Positions 1 to 10,203 of a DNA stretch of 26,949 nucleotides are shown here, in pieces. Position 1 is the stretch's first letter, and each line of letters opens with the position of its first letter. A program made the position numbers and the translations under genes. The notes beneath the pieces are model-generated. The model did not search any database and was not told the DNA's origin. It saw only the letters and a list, made by a program, of their open reading frames with translations. The DNA is taken from contig NW_021834718.1 of NCBI RefSeq assembly GCF_006345805.1, positions 1-26,949 of the forward strand, in the 5' to 3' direction. The DNA comes from Octopus sinensis (Eukaryota).

Positions 1-150
1 AAAGTTTGAGGCGGCGCAGGAACAGGTTGACGTCCGCCCGAGTCTCGAACTCATCACAGTGGCGCGTGTTTATTGGAGACCCTGCTGGATGAAAAATAAA
101 GCCCATCAAAGGACGGAGGAACTCTTGAGAGTCAACGGCCATCCAATAAA
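1..150 (-). mobile_element. Possible degenerate N-terminal fragment of a Penelope-like RT, running off the left edge
   Basis: The minus strand reads ...TRHCDEFETRADVNLFLRRLKL. This resembles the F..R.D...F.RRL.L segment upstream of PLE RTs, and a decayed SVL..GL.FIP-like stretch precedes it. Recognised from memory only. Confidence 0.35.
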
Positions 151-534
151 TGTCTTAAGGCTGTATCATGCGCGGGGACATAAAAATAATCGGACTGAAT
201 ACCCGATCACACGGTTAAACCATTGGGAATGAAGGACTCCCAGCCTTTATTAGGGCATCATTCTAGGAGAAAGTAACTCAGGTAACTGGGATAACTCCGA
301 CATAAAACCTGCGGCTCAGTAGTTACCGATGATGTTGACTTGTTCTTCTTTTCGCATTTTGGTTGCTGTTGCTTAGTGAATGGGATTGACTCAGTGCACA
401 GCCTTTCCTCACTTTAAAAAAAAATCTTGTTGCACAGGCATTGCACAATAACAACATTGATTAAGCTTTGTGCAATGGCCATACTCGATAACGAAGGGGC
501 AGCCACCATGTATATATATATGTATGTATATATT

Positions 535-998
535 TGTTTATTTCCGTAAACCTGCCTTCGTCTTTTGTCTATTTTCATAAAGCTTCCCGTTATATATATT
601 ACGCGCTCACGTGGTCTCACTTTCATCCTATATTTTACCAACACCACTATCAACTCTTACCTATACTTACCATTGGCTGCACCTCTCTTTCACGGATCAA
701 AGTGACTTTGTTATTGATGTGAAATCCTTAAAAAATATACCACGACGTCTATACATTTCTAACCTTGAACTCTCAACCTTGTTTTTTCTCTGTGTATCTT
801 TCTGTTGAAGAGCGTAGGCTTGAAACGTTAAAGACTTGTTTTATTTATATTTCCTGAGCGCCATACTAATACAATTGTGTTTGTATTCCACCTGCCTTCG
901 TCTTTTGTTTATTCCGTAAACCTGCCTTCGTCTTTTGTTATTTCCGTAAACCTGCCTTCGTCTTTTGTCTATTTTCATAAAGCTTCCCGTTATATATA

Positions 999-999
<1 letters not shown>
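535..999 (+). repeat. Putative PLE pseudo-LTR end with internal duplications
   Basis: 541-599 is identical to 941-999 (59 bp, 400 bp apart). A 30-bp unit containing cctgccttcgtcttttgt recurs at 891, 921 and 951. It contains a hammerhead-like motif at 797-834 and ends in (TA)n. Confidence 0.5.
797..834 (+). ncRNA. Minimal hammerhead-like motif with a variant core
   Basis: TCTTT-CTGTTGA-A-GAGC GTAG GCTT-GAAA-C GT T-AAAGA. Stem I is TCTTT/AAAGA, stem II is a 4-bp hairpin and stem III is the palindrome ACGT. The core deviates from CUGANGA (A6>U, one extra A). Confidence 0.35.
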
Positions 1000-1038
<39 letters not shown>

Positions 1039-1059
1039 ATATATATATATATATGTATA

Positions 1060-1090
<31 letters not shown>

Positions 1091-1124
1091 TGTATGTATA
1101 TATGTATATAATAATATATGTATG

Positions 1125-1157
<33 letters not shown>

Positions 1158-1338
1158 TAATATATATGTAATATATATAATATATAATATGTATGTATAT
1201 ATGTATATATATATATATATATGTATGTATATATATATATAATATTATGTATATATATATTATATATATATATATGTATGTATATATATATATATATATA
1301 TGTATGTATATATAATTATATATATATATATATGTATG

Positions 1339-1374
<36 letters not shown>

Positions 1375-1578
1375 ATATATATATATATGTATGTATATAT
1401 ATGTATATGTATGTATATATATGTATATGTATGATATATATGTATGTATATATATGTATATGTATGTATATATATGTAATATATATATGTATATATATAT
1501 ATATGTATGTATGTATATATATATATATATGTATGTATATATAATATATATATATATGTATGTATATATATATATATG

Positions 1579-1613
<35 letters not shown>

Positions 1614-1668
1614 TGTATATATATATATATATATATGTATGTATATATTATATAATATATGTATATAT

Positions 1669-1704
<36 letters not shown>

Positions 1705-1981
1705 TGTATGTATATATGTATGTATATATATATGTATATATATATAGTGATATATATTATATATGTATTATATATATTGTATATATATATGTATATATAT
1801 ATATATATATATATGTATGTTATATATATGTATATATATATATATATATATATGTTATCTATATATAGTATGTAAGTATATATATATATGTATGTAAGTA
1901 TAATATATGTAAGTATATATATATGTATGTAAGTATATATGTATGTAAGTATATATATATGTAAGTATATATATATGTATG

Positions 1982-2046
<65 letters not shown>

Positions 2047-2090
2047 TATGTATATATATATATATGTATGTAAGTATATATATATGTATG

Positions 2091-2123
<33 letters not shown>

Positions 2124-2499
2124 ATATATATATATATATATATATGTAAGTATATATATATGTATGTATATATATATATATATATGTATATGTATATATA
2201 TATATGTATGTATATATATATATATATGTATATGTATATATATATATGTATGTATATATATATGTATATGTATATATATATATGTATGTATATATATATA
2301 TGTATATGTATATATATATATGTATATGTATGTATATATATATATATGTATGTATATATATGTATATGTATGTATATATATATATATGTATGTATATATA
2401 TGTATATGTATGTATATATATATATATGTATGTATATATATGTATATGTATGTATATATATATGTATATGTATGTATATATATATATGTATATGTATAT

Positions 2500-2530
<31 letters not shown>

Positions 2531-2901
2531 ATATATATATATATATATGTATGTATATATATATATATATATATGTATGTATATATATATATGTATATGT
2601 ATGTATATATATATATGTATATGTATGTATATATATATATGTATATGTATGTATATATATATATGTATATGTATGTATATATATATATGTATATGTATGT
2701 ATATATATATATGTATATGTATGTATATATATATGTATATGTATGTATATATATATGTATATGTATGTATATATATGTATATGTATATGTATGTATATAT
2801 ATGTATATGTTATATATATATAATATGTATATGTATATATATATATATATGTATGTGTATATATATATATATATATATATGATATCTATATATATATATA
2901 T

Positions 2902-2959
<58 letters not shown>

Positions 2960-3112
2960 TATATATATATATATATATAATATATATATATATGTGTGTG
3001 TGTATGTGTATATATATATATGTGTGTGTGTATGTGTATATATATATATGTGTGTTATGTGTATATATATATATATGTATATGTATGTATATATATATAT
3101 ATGTATGTATAT
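991..3112. repeat. Compound (TA)n/(TATG)n microsatellite, ~2.1 kb
   Basis: Directly visible. Source of the spurious YI/CMY ORFs. Confidence 0.98.
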
Positions 3113-3149
3113 AAAAAAAGGAAATGAAGAAAATGCTGACAAAATAATT

Positions 3150-3745
3150 TAAGTAAGGGAGAGTGTATTTAATTAGGTGAAAGTTCTTTTTACCGGTTGC
3201 ACATTTGTTATGCTTATCAAAAGATATTTTTTAAAGTTAGATAGAGTTCCTTTCTGATAGATTTTTTTCTCTTATCTGACTTTATGTTGGGTTTGCTGTC
3301 TCTTATATGTGAAAAAAGAGGCTCCAGAGTTGTTAAGATTTGCTTGGTTTCGCGCCTAAAATTTCTTGGGACAATGGTCATACAATTTTGATTGGTCATT
3401 ATAAAGGGGTCACGTGAATGTTTGAATGGAAGTTGGTGTTGGGGTAAGAAAATAGGCTCCAGAGATGTTAAAATTTGGCTAGTGTCCAAATTTCCTATTG
3501 GTCATAATAAAGAGGTCACGTGGATGTGGTCATAATAGAGAGGTCATGTGAATGTTTAGAATGAATGTTGATGTGGGTGGTGTATGGAGTTTTCGAAAAT
3601 AGCATTGTTGAAAATTCTTATTGTTCAGGCTGGTCAGTAGACGTCATGTGGATATTTTAAATAGCTTTTTAGCATAGTTAAGGAGTGTATTTTCCGCTTG
3701 ACTGAATTTGAGCTAGATAAGTAAGTTCCTTTAGGACAGGAAGAG
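3150..3745. repeat. Unclassified interspersed sequence with internal duplications
   Basis: ggctccagag.tgttaa.atttg occurs at ~3320 and ~3455. attggtcat.ataaag.ggtcacgtg occurs at ~3391 and ~3497, with a third partial copy at ~3528. Confidence 0.3.
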
Positions 3746-3789
3746 CTATGTGTATGTGTGTTTATATGTATGTTGGGGCGTGTATATAT

Positions 3790-4412
3790 GTGATGAAATA
3801 GAGGAGGTGAGAGAATATGTGTACCTGGGACAGGAAGTAAATATGTGCCAGGATATCAAAAAGGAGATCTCACGGAGAGTAAGGGCCGGATGGAAGGCAT
3901 TCAATGGCATAAGGGATGTGCTCAAAGGAAAGCTGGACAGGACCACCCGCGCCAACCTCATTAACAGTGCAGTTCTACCTGCAATGTTATATGGTATTGA
4001 AACATGGGCTACCACAAAGAGAGAAGAGCAAAGACTGGTAACGGCTCAAGAAGCCATGGAAAGGTTAATGCTTGGTATCTCGTTGAGAGAGCACATAAGT
4101 AGCAAGATCATCAGAAAGAAGTCCGGCATGAGAGATGTCATAGCAGAGTATACACGCAGCAAGTATAGATGGGCTGGACACGTCGCCCGGCTCACTGATA
4201 ATCGGTGGACAAACGCAGCTGTCGAGTGGTACCCGCGTGAGTGGAAAAGACCACCCGGAAGACCTCCACGATGGTGGAATTACGATTTCAGGAGGACGAT
4301 TGGGATCACGTGGATGAGAAAGGCGCGATCCAGAGAGGAGTGGACAGCGTGCTATGACCAGCGGTGTCAAATGGATGCCTAACGGACTGGTCAGTCAAAG
4401 TGATCAAAGTGA
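3790..4412 (+). mobile_element. 5'-truncated RTE-clade LINE (RTE-1-like family): RT C-terminus and 3' end
   Basis: EEVREYVYLGQ...RVRAGWKAF...VLPAMLYGIETW...RWAGHVARLTDNRWT...RPPGRPP are typical RTE C-terminal motifs. Stop at 4380-4382, then a (TCAAAGTGA)2 tail. Confidence 0.9.
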
Positions 4413-4600
4413 TATGTATATGTATGTATATATATATAAGTATGTATATGTATGTATATATGTATGTATGTATGTATATGTATATGTATATATATATGTA
4501 TGTATATGTATGTATACATATATATATGTATATATATATGTATATGTATGTATATATATATGTATGTATATATATGTATATATATATGTATATATATAAA

Positions 4601-4631
<31 letters not shown>

Positions 4632-4650
4632 GTATATATATATGTGTGTA

Positions 4651-4703
<53 letters not shown>

Positions 4704-4843
4704 GTGTATATATATTATATATGTATTGTATATATATATATATATGTATGTGTATATATGTATGTGTATATATATGTATGTGTATATATATATATATGTA
4801 TGTGTATATATGTATGTGTATATATATATATGTATGTGTATAT

Positions 4844-4894
<51 letters not shown>
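4413..4894. repeat. (TA)n/(TATG)n microsatellite
   Basis: Directly visible. Confidence 0.97.
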
Positions 4895-4898
<4 letters not shown>

Positions 4899-4908
4899 CC
4901 TTAAATCC

Positions 4909-7525
4909 TTAAAATGTTTCAGCCCGAAGTCCGCGTCTATGAGCTACACTAATATGTGAATCCACCTCTGATACGTGGCGCTTGGTCAACAAGGGAGTTC
5001 GATGCCGCTGCCTGCATCTGTGTCTCCTGTCGTGAGGTAGGTTCATCTGGTACCCCCGACAAGAAGAGATCCAGTTTAGTTTTAAAGACACCCACATCCA
5101 CACCATGCAAGTCTCTCGGGCATTTAGGGAGTTAAAGAGCTGTGGTCCTCTGAAACTCAAGCTGTTGCAGTATCTGGTCCTGTATTTTGATGGTGATGTT
5201 GGAATCTTTGGCACCATCCAGTGGGGCCCCGTTCTGCGGTTGGGGTAACTTTGAATGCCAAAGTTTGGGACAAGACCCTCCAGAATTTTCCAGGTGTATA
5301 TCACCGCATATCTCTCCCGCCTTCACTCTAGGGAGAAGAGTTTTAATACTTTCAGTCTTTCCCAGTAGCTGATATGTTGCATTGAGACGATCATCTTTGT
5401 GTAGCTTCTTTGAATTGCTTCGAGTTCTGCTGTTAGTTTTATATTTTGTGGTGACCATAGTTGGGAGCAGTAGTCCAAGCGGCTGAGGATGAAAGTTTTC
5501 CACAGGATCATCAGTGTATCCATCTCTCCTGTTCTGAAAGTTCGGAGAATCCATCCAGCTAGCCGTCTGCATTTTATCACCAGATTAGTAATATGCACTT
5601 GGAAAGATGCATCATTGCTCATGTCGATGCCCAGGTCACACACTGATTTTGACTCAGGGATTGCAATTCTTCCCAGGCCAGTGTATCCAGTCTGCATGTC
5701 GTTTACCTTTGTGTGCCAGTAGCGCAGGGCCTGGAACTTACCTGCATTAAACTGCATGTTGTTGTCCTCAGCCCACCTGTATATTGTATCCAACTGCTGT
5801 TGCAGATGTGCAATATTTCCAGAGTTTTGTATAGTGTGGGAGACTTTTGCGCCATCTGCATAGCTAGCAAGGGTGGCCATCTTAGCAACTGAGGGCATGT
5901 CTGAAAGGGCCACTATGAAGAGCAGTGACCCCAAGACAGTGCCCTGTGGAACACCGCTTGTTATTTGAGTTTCCTTGGAGGTGGCTCCATTGGTCACAAC
6001 TGCATGCCTCCTATCTTATGAATAGGGCATATTACCCCAGAAAGCTCTGAAAAAGAAGCTGTAGCGGTTTTACAAGGGCTCGTTTGCACGATTTGAGAAG
6101 GATCGCTGGAAATCCATCAGGTCCAGCAGCTGAGTTTGTGTCAATCTCATGGCGAGTGTGATATCATCATCTTCAATGTTGATGTACTCAATTTTTGCCT
6201 CTTTGGCCGCAGGTAAAGTGGCAAAGAATTCTTCTGGGTTGTTTACTTGCCTGTGTCCTAGAGGTGTAGTGAACACACTTTGGAACTGTTTGGTCAGTAT
6301 TTCACTTATCCTCGTGGGATATCCTGTGAGAGAGCCATGTTTTTGGAAGAGAGGTCCTATTCTCTGTTGCACTGTGGCTGTCTCTTTGGCAAACTTGAAG
6401 AAAGCTTTAGGGTTTGACTTTATATTTTCTATTATCCAAGCTTCTTTATCTGCTCTCTCCTTTTCATGAGTCTGATGCAGACTTTTCTTAATTTCCATTA
6501 GCATTCTCTCGAGCCGAGACTTCTCACCACTTTTGGTGTGCTTGCTCAGGCGGTTCGCAATCCTTGTCTGTCGTCTCATAAGAATCTTCCTTTCTCTAGG
6601 GATCCTGTTTTTGTTTTTGTGTGTGCTGGCCTTTCACACTGGGACATATTTGTCATATATGGCTTGTATTATGGACATGAAATGTTTGTGTTTCATGTTA
6701 ATGTCCAGTGTGGAGAGACATTTTGTCCAATTCTGTTTGAGGATCTCTTTCTCAATCAACTTCCAATTTGTTTTATGAAAGTTTAAGTTGGAGAGATTGT
6801 GGATGCTTCGTATAGGCTGTGTCTGCGGGGGCTTTTGGTCCATACATAGACAGCTCTATTATGTTGTGATCCAAAATCATTGTCGCCATCACTTTAACAT
6901 TATGGATAATATCCATATCGTTTGTGAAGCAGAGATCCTGTATATTATCTGCCCTTGTTGGTTGCAGCACTATTTGCTCCGTGAAAAAGGCATTTGTGAG
7001 ATGGAGCAGGGACTCTGCCTGTGCCTGCTGATGGTGTGTCATCCCTGGGAGCATCTTCCCCACAGACCATTCCACATTGGGGAAGTTAAAGTCATCCATG
7101 AAGAATACACTGTTGTGTTGTTCCAGGTTGGTGAGAACTTCTATTTTTGTTAGGCTGTCTTCAAACGTGCCTGTGTGATTTGGGGCATCCGGTGGGCGAT
7201 ATGTAGTACATATGACGATATTCAGTTGTCTTATGTGTACAATTTGAGTGTCACACACTGAGTTTGAATATGACATCAGGACCTGGGGCGTGAGGTCATC
7301 TCGGATGTACATTGCAACTCCACCATGGCTCCTCACTTTTCTATCTGAGCGTATGACAGTATATTGCGGTATGTGTATTTCTGCATCCCCTATATCGGGT
7401 CCAAGATGCGTTTCTATGAGTGCCATGCATATAGCTTGATTTCATGCCACAAGGTCTCTCAGGAATGAGATTTTCCTTTTACAGTTGCCACGCAGCAGCC
7501 CTCCTACGTTCAGTAGAAATATTTT
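4909..7525 (-). pseudogene. LINE ORF2 (APE endonuclease + RT), disrupted
   Basis: APE motifs ALIETHL, YRPP, MDDFNFP, DLCFT, LDHNII. RT motifs SGVPQGTVLGSLLF, YADG (YADD in copy 2), FNAGKF, DLGI, SRLDYCSQLWSP. Frameshifts are present and ~330 bp including the YLDFAKAFDKV region is missing relative to copy 2. Confidence 0.88.
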
Positions 7526-7529
7526 TGTG

Positions 7530-8264
7530 ATGTGTGTTGGTGTCTGTTGGTGGTGGTCTTATGTGGTGGTAGTTCCAGCTTTTTGTTTGTAGCCAGGTTA
7601 GCTGCTGAACAATTTTTTTTGCCGTGCACAAAAAAGATTACTGCTCAGCTGCTGCCCTTCTCACATCTGCGTGAAGCTGGCCATTTGTTGGGCTATGCAG
7701 TATCTTTTTTGGACTGCGCACTACATTGGCATATCGTCTTTCAGGTGTGGTCAGTGCGCCATTTTTCCTTCTTTTATATTTTTCTTTATCTTATTGTTCT
7801 TCCAAGGGAGGGATTTTTGTCTTGTGTCTATGCGGTTTTGGCAGGGCTTCTGATGTGCAAAACGACAGTTTGCACCTTCGACCCCATGCCAGCAGTCTCC
7901 CTTCAGGTAGAATTTGCAGATGTTTCTGCTTTTGCCCTTGTAGTTCTTACTGGGGTTCTTCTGTTTTTTCTGATCAGTGTTTGTTTTAGTTTTCTTGTCT
8001 TTTACCTCTTGTTTTCCATCGATTTTAGGGTGCTTTCCTTTTTTTGCGGCCATTGCACCTCTTTGGTCTTTAGTTGTGTTGGGAGCTGGAATGTGCCATT
8101 GTTTCCCTTGGTTGCAGGTTTCTTGGTTGTGTCTTTTGTTGTGTCCTGGATGTTTTCTCCATCCTTTTGGTCTTCCCTGGTGCAGTCACCTCCTAGGATG
8201 ATGTCCAGAGTGTCCATGTGTTGCTTGATTAGAACGTATGAACGGAGGAATTCTCGTTTCTTTC
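7530..8264 (-). pseudogene. LINE ORF1 fragment with a CCCH-type zinc finger
   Basis: KKREFLRSYVLIKQHMDTLDIILGG...CKFYLKGDCWHGVEGANCRFAH (C-x7-C-x8-C-x3-H), directly upstream of the ORF2 APE start. Confidence 0.7.
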
Positions 8265-8267
8265 AAG

Positions 8268-8623
8268 AATAATAATTTTTCTTATAAAAGACTCTATTAT
8301 CAAACTAGAAAATTTAATGATTATGATTATGTCATACGATCAATTATAATGTTTAATATTAATTTTTAAGGTAAGAATAGATAGAAAATGTATTTATCTA
8401 TTCAGAAAATGGCGGTGCCCCAGCATGGCCACAGCTCATAAGCTGAAACTGGAAAAATCAAAATCATATAATATGGCTTTAAAAAAACATAATACACCCA
8501 CAAATAATCTTATCTCAGTTATAGTCAATATCTAATTACCTAAATATTTTTTTTTTAAATCACTATTCATATTATTAAATTTAATTTCAAACCAAATAAT
8601 TATATAATATTTGAATAATAACT
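8268..8623 (-). repeat. Inverted copy of PLE 3' segment 16750-17059
   Basis: For example 8281-8406 (cttataaaagactctattatcaaactagaaaattt...tatttatctattcaga) is the reverse complement of 16921-17050, and 8467-8623 matches 16750-16920. Confidence 0.9.
8407..8466 (+). mobile_element. 60-bp extreme 3' end of a SINE/LINE retrocopy
   Basis: ggcggtgccccagcatggccacagctcataagctgaaac with an (AAAATC)n tail. Absent from the homologous empty site at 16911-16936. Confidence 0.8.
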
Positions 8624-8693
8624 ATTATTATTATAATATTTATTTCTTAAAAAAGATATTGCTTAAATATATTTGATTATTTATTTAACTATT

Positions 8694-8797
8694 ATCATTA
8701 ACCTGAAGATTGACTATAACCATAATTCGAATTATTAATTGAATTTAAATTATTGTTATTTGAATTAGGTTATGGGCATGAAACGATTGTAGTGGTT
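8694..8797 (+). ncRNA. Hammerhead-ribozyme-like motif in the 5' pseudo-LTR
   Basis: CTGAAGA at 8703-8709, long AT-rich stem II (tataacc/ggttatg; taattcgaat/atttgaatta), GAAA at 8780-8783, stem III AC-GATT-GT, cleavage triplet GUA. Stem I is weak. Confidence 0.5.
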
Positions 8798-8906
8798 TTA
8801 CTTTTTATCTTATATTAAACTTTTTAATACTTTTTGTTAGTTATATATATTTAATTAAAAGTAAATAAATAAATAAAAATATATATATATATAAATTTAT
8901 AAATAT

Positions 8907-9891
8907 TGTTACAACCTGCTGTCGCTCAACTCGGCTCAGGACCCTAAGTTGAGCGACGACGACTACATTCAGTCAAATCGGAAGTCCACCACTGAATGCT
9001 GGGGGGGGGCAGCAAACGCAAACCAGTGACTGGAGACAGCAACAACAAAAGAAGAGAGACAGCGCAGGCAGTTGCTTACATTTAACAACAATTTATACAA
9101 TTTTACAACATCAATTAAACGTAATACACTTCAAATACATTTAAAAACATTTAACAGATCGTACCCAGAGTAAAAAAAACAATCAATGGCATTCAGCAAA
9201 ATACAACATCCGACAACAATCAGTTGACATGCACAATACAGAATTTGGAAAACAATCAAAACAGTCTTTCTCTTTCTTTTCCTTCTTTTTTACAGTCTCT
9301 TTTTCTTTTCTTTTCTCCTCCTTCTAACACAATGTTCTTTTCCTTTTAGAAACATCTTACAGTTTTTTTTTTCTTTCTTTTCACAGTTTATGTCACAGAG
9401 TCTTTTCTTTTTCCAAACATCAGAATTCAAAAACACAAACCAATCAAAAACATAAATAAACATTACCGCATGTTTCTCGTCCGCAACAACTCATCACAAA
9501 ACCCTACTATAAGTCGTCCAGCCTCTTCGCTGTCATCTTCCTTACTTCCTCTCGCTTGTCAATTTCTCAATCTTCTCTGTCTTCCTTGCCTCGCTGTTGC
9601 CTCTCAGCTGACCGTCCGTATCGACTGCTGTCTTTTGCCAACTGAACTCTTCTCTGGCCCTTCGCTGTCTCATCCTCAAACAACTGTTCATCGCATTTTA
9701 AAGGGTGGCATTTTTATTTTTTTGTAACCTTTCCCTGACCGTGTAGGGATCAAAATGCCACTTTCTAACTCATAATTTACTGTTGCCGTTGACAAGACAA
9801 AGACCCATTATTTCTTTTCCCCGCCAGGTCGACTCCAGCCAATGGAACTAGGTCACCGCGTTTTCCCCGTTTTTTTTTCACCTCCGTAACA
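8907..9891 (-). mobile_element. Solo LTR (985 bp), probably Gypsy-type
   Basis: TGTTAC...GTAACA termini, a near 4-bp TSD (ATAT/CTAT), absent from the paralogous pseudo-LTR at ~17340, and GC-richer than its flanks. Orientation is inferred. Confidence 0.8.
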
Positions 9892-10203
9892 CTATAGATT
9901 AATAATTTTAAATATTTAACTTTAAATTTATATAATTTAAATTTTGAATTTTATATTTTATATATTTTGTATATTATATTAATTCATTTTATTTCTATGT
10001 TTCGGTTTATGTTTTTCACTGTTTGATTTGCCTAATAGTGGTTTTATCTCTAATTTAATTTATATTTATACTGTAAAATTAGATTTAATCCTAAATCTAA
10101 TTTTTCCCTGTAAATTTGGATTTACTCCCTATTATTATTATTATTATTATTAATATGTTGATAAATTATGTTTATTGAGTGTAATATCTCAATTTCGTAA
10201 GTT

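Larger units (their letters stand above)
4895..8264 (-). mobile_element. CR1/L2-group LINE copy 1, 5'-truncated within ORF1 and internally deleted
   Basis: Contains part of ORF1, an APE endonuclease, an RT and a 3' tail (ATTTAAGG)n. Colinear with the copy at 20190-24080. Confidence 0.9.
8640..10130 (+). repeat. PLE 5' pseudo-LTR, interrupted by a solo LTR
   Basis: 8640-8906 plus 9892-10130 aligns directly with 17060-17566. Ends at ctccct followed by an (ATT)n tail. Confidence 0.85.

Noticed and set aside
430-510. 10-bp hairpin (439-448/468-477) as part of an HDV-like ribozyme at a retroelement 5' end
   Set aside because: I could not build the nested double pseudoknot by eye. Only one stem is supported.
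891-970. 30-bp periodic repeats (and the 68-bp units at 19370-19580) as a CRISPR array
   Set aside because: No unique spacers, no cas genes, and a eukaryotic transposon context.
877-3142. Long ORFs rich in Y/I/C/M/V (also at 4354-4912, 13217-13614, 17789-18470, 19802-20360, 25680-26242)
   Set aside because: These are translations of (TA)n/(TATG)n microsatellites, which lack stop codons in some frames. They are not genes.
7532-8272. Hydrophobic 246-aa plus-strand ORF resembling a membrane protein (also 23590-24093)
   Set aside because: It is the antisense frame of the Lys-rich LINE ORF1.
9470-9727. 85-aa ORF
   Set aside because: It lies inside the solo LTR, is pyrimidine-biased and has no recognisable motif.
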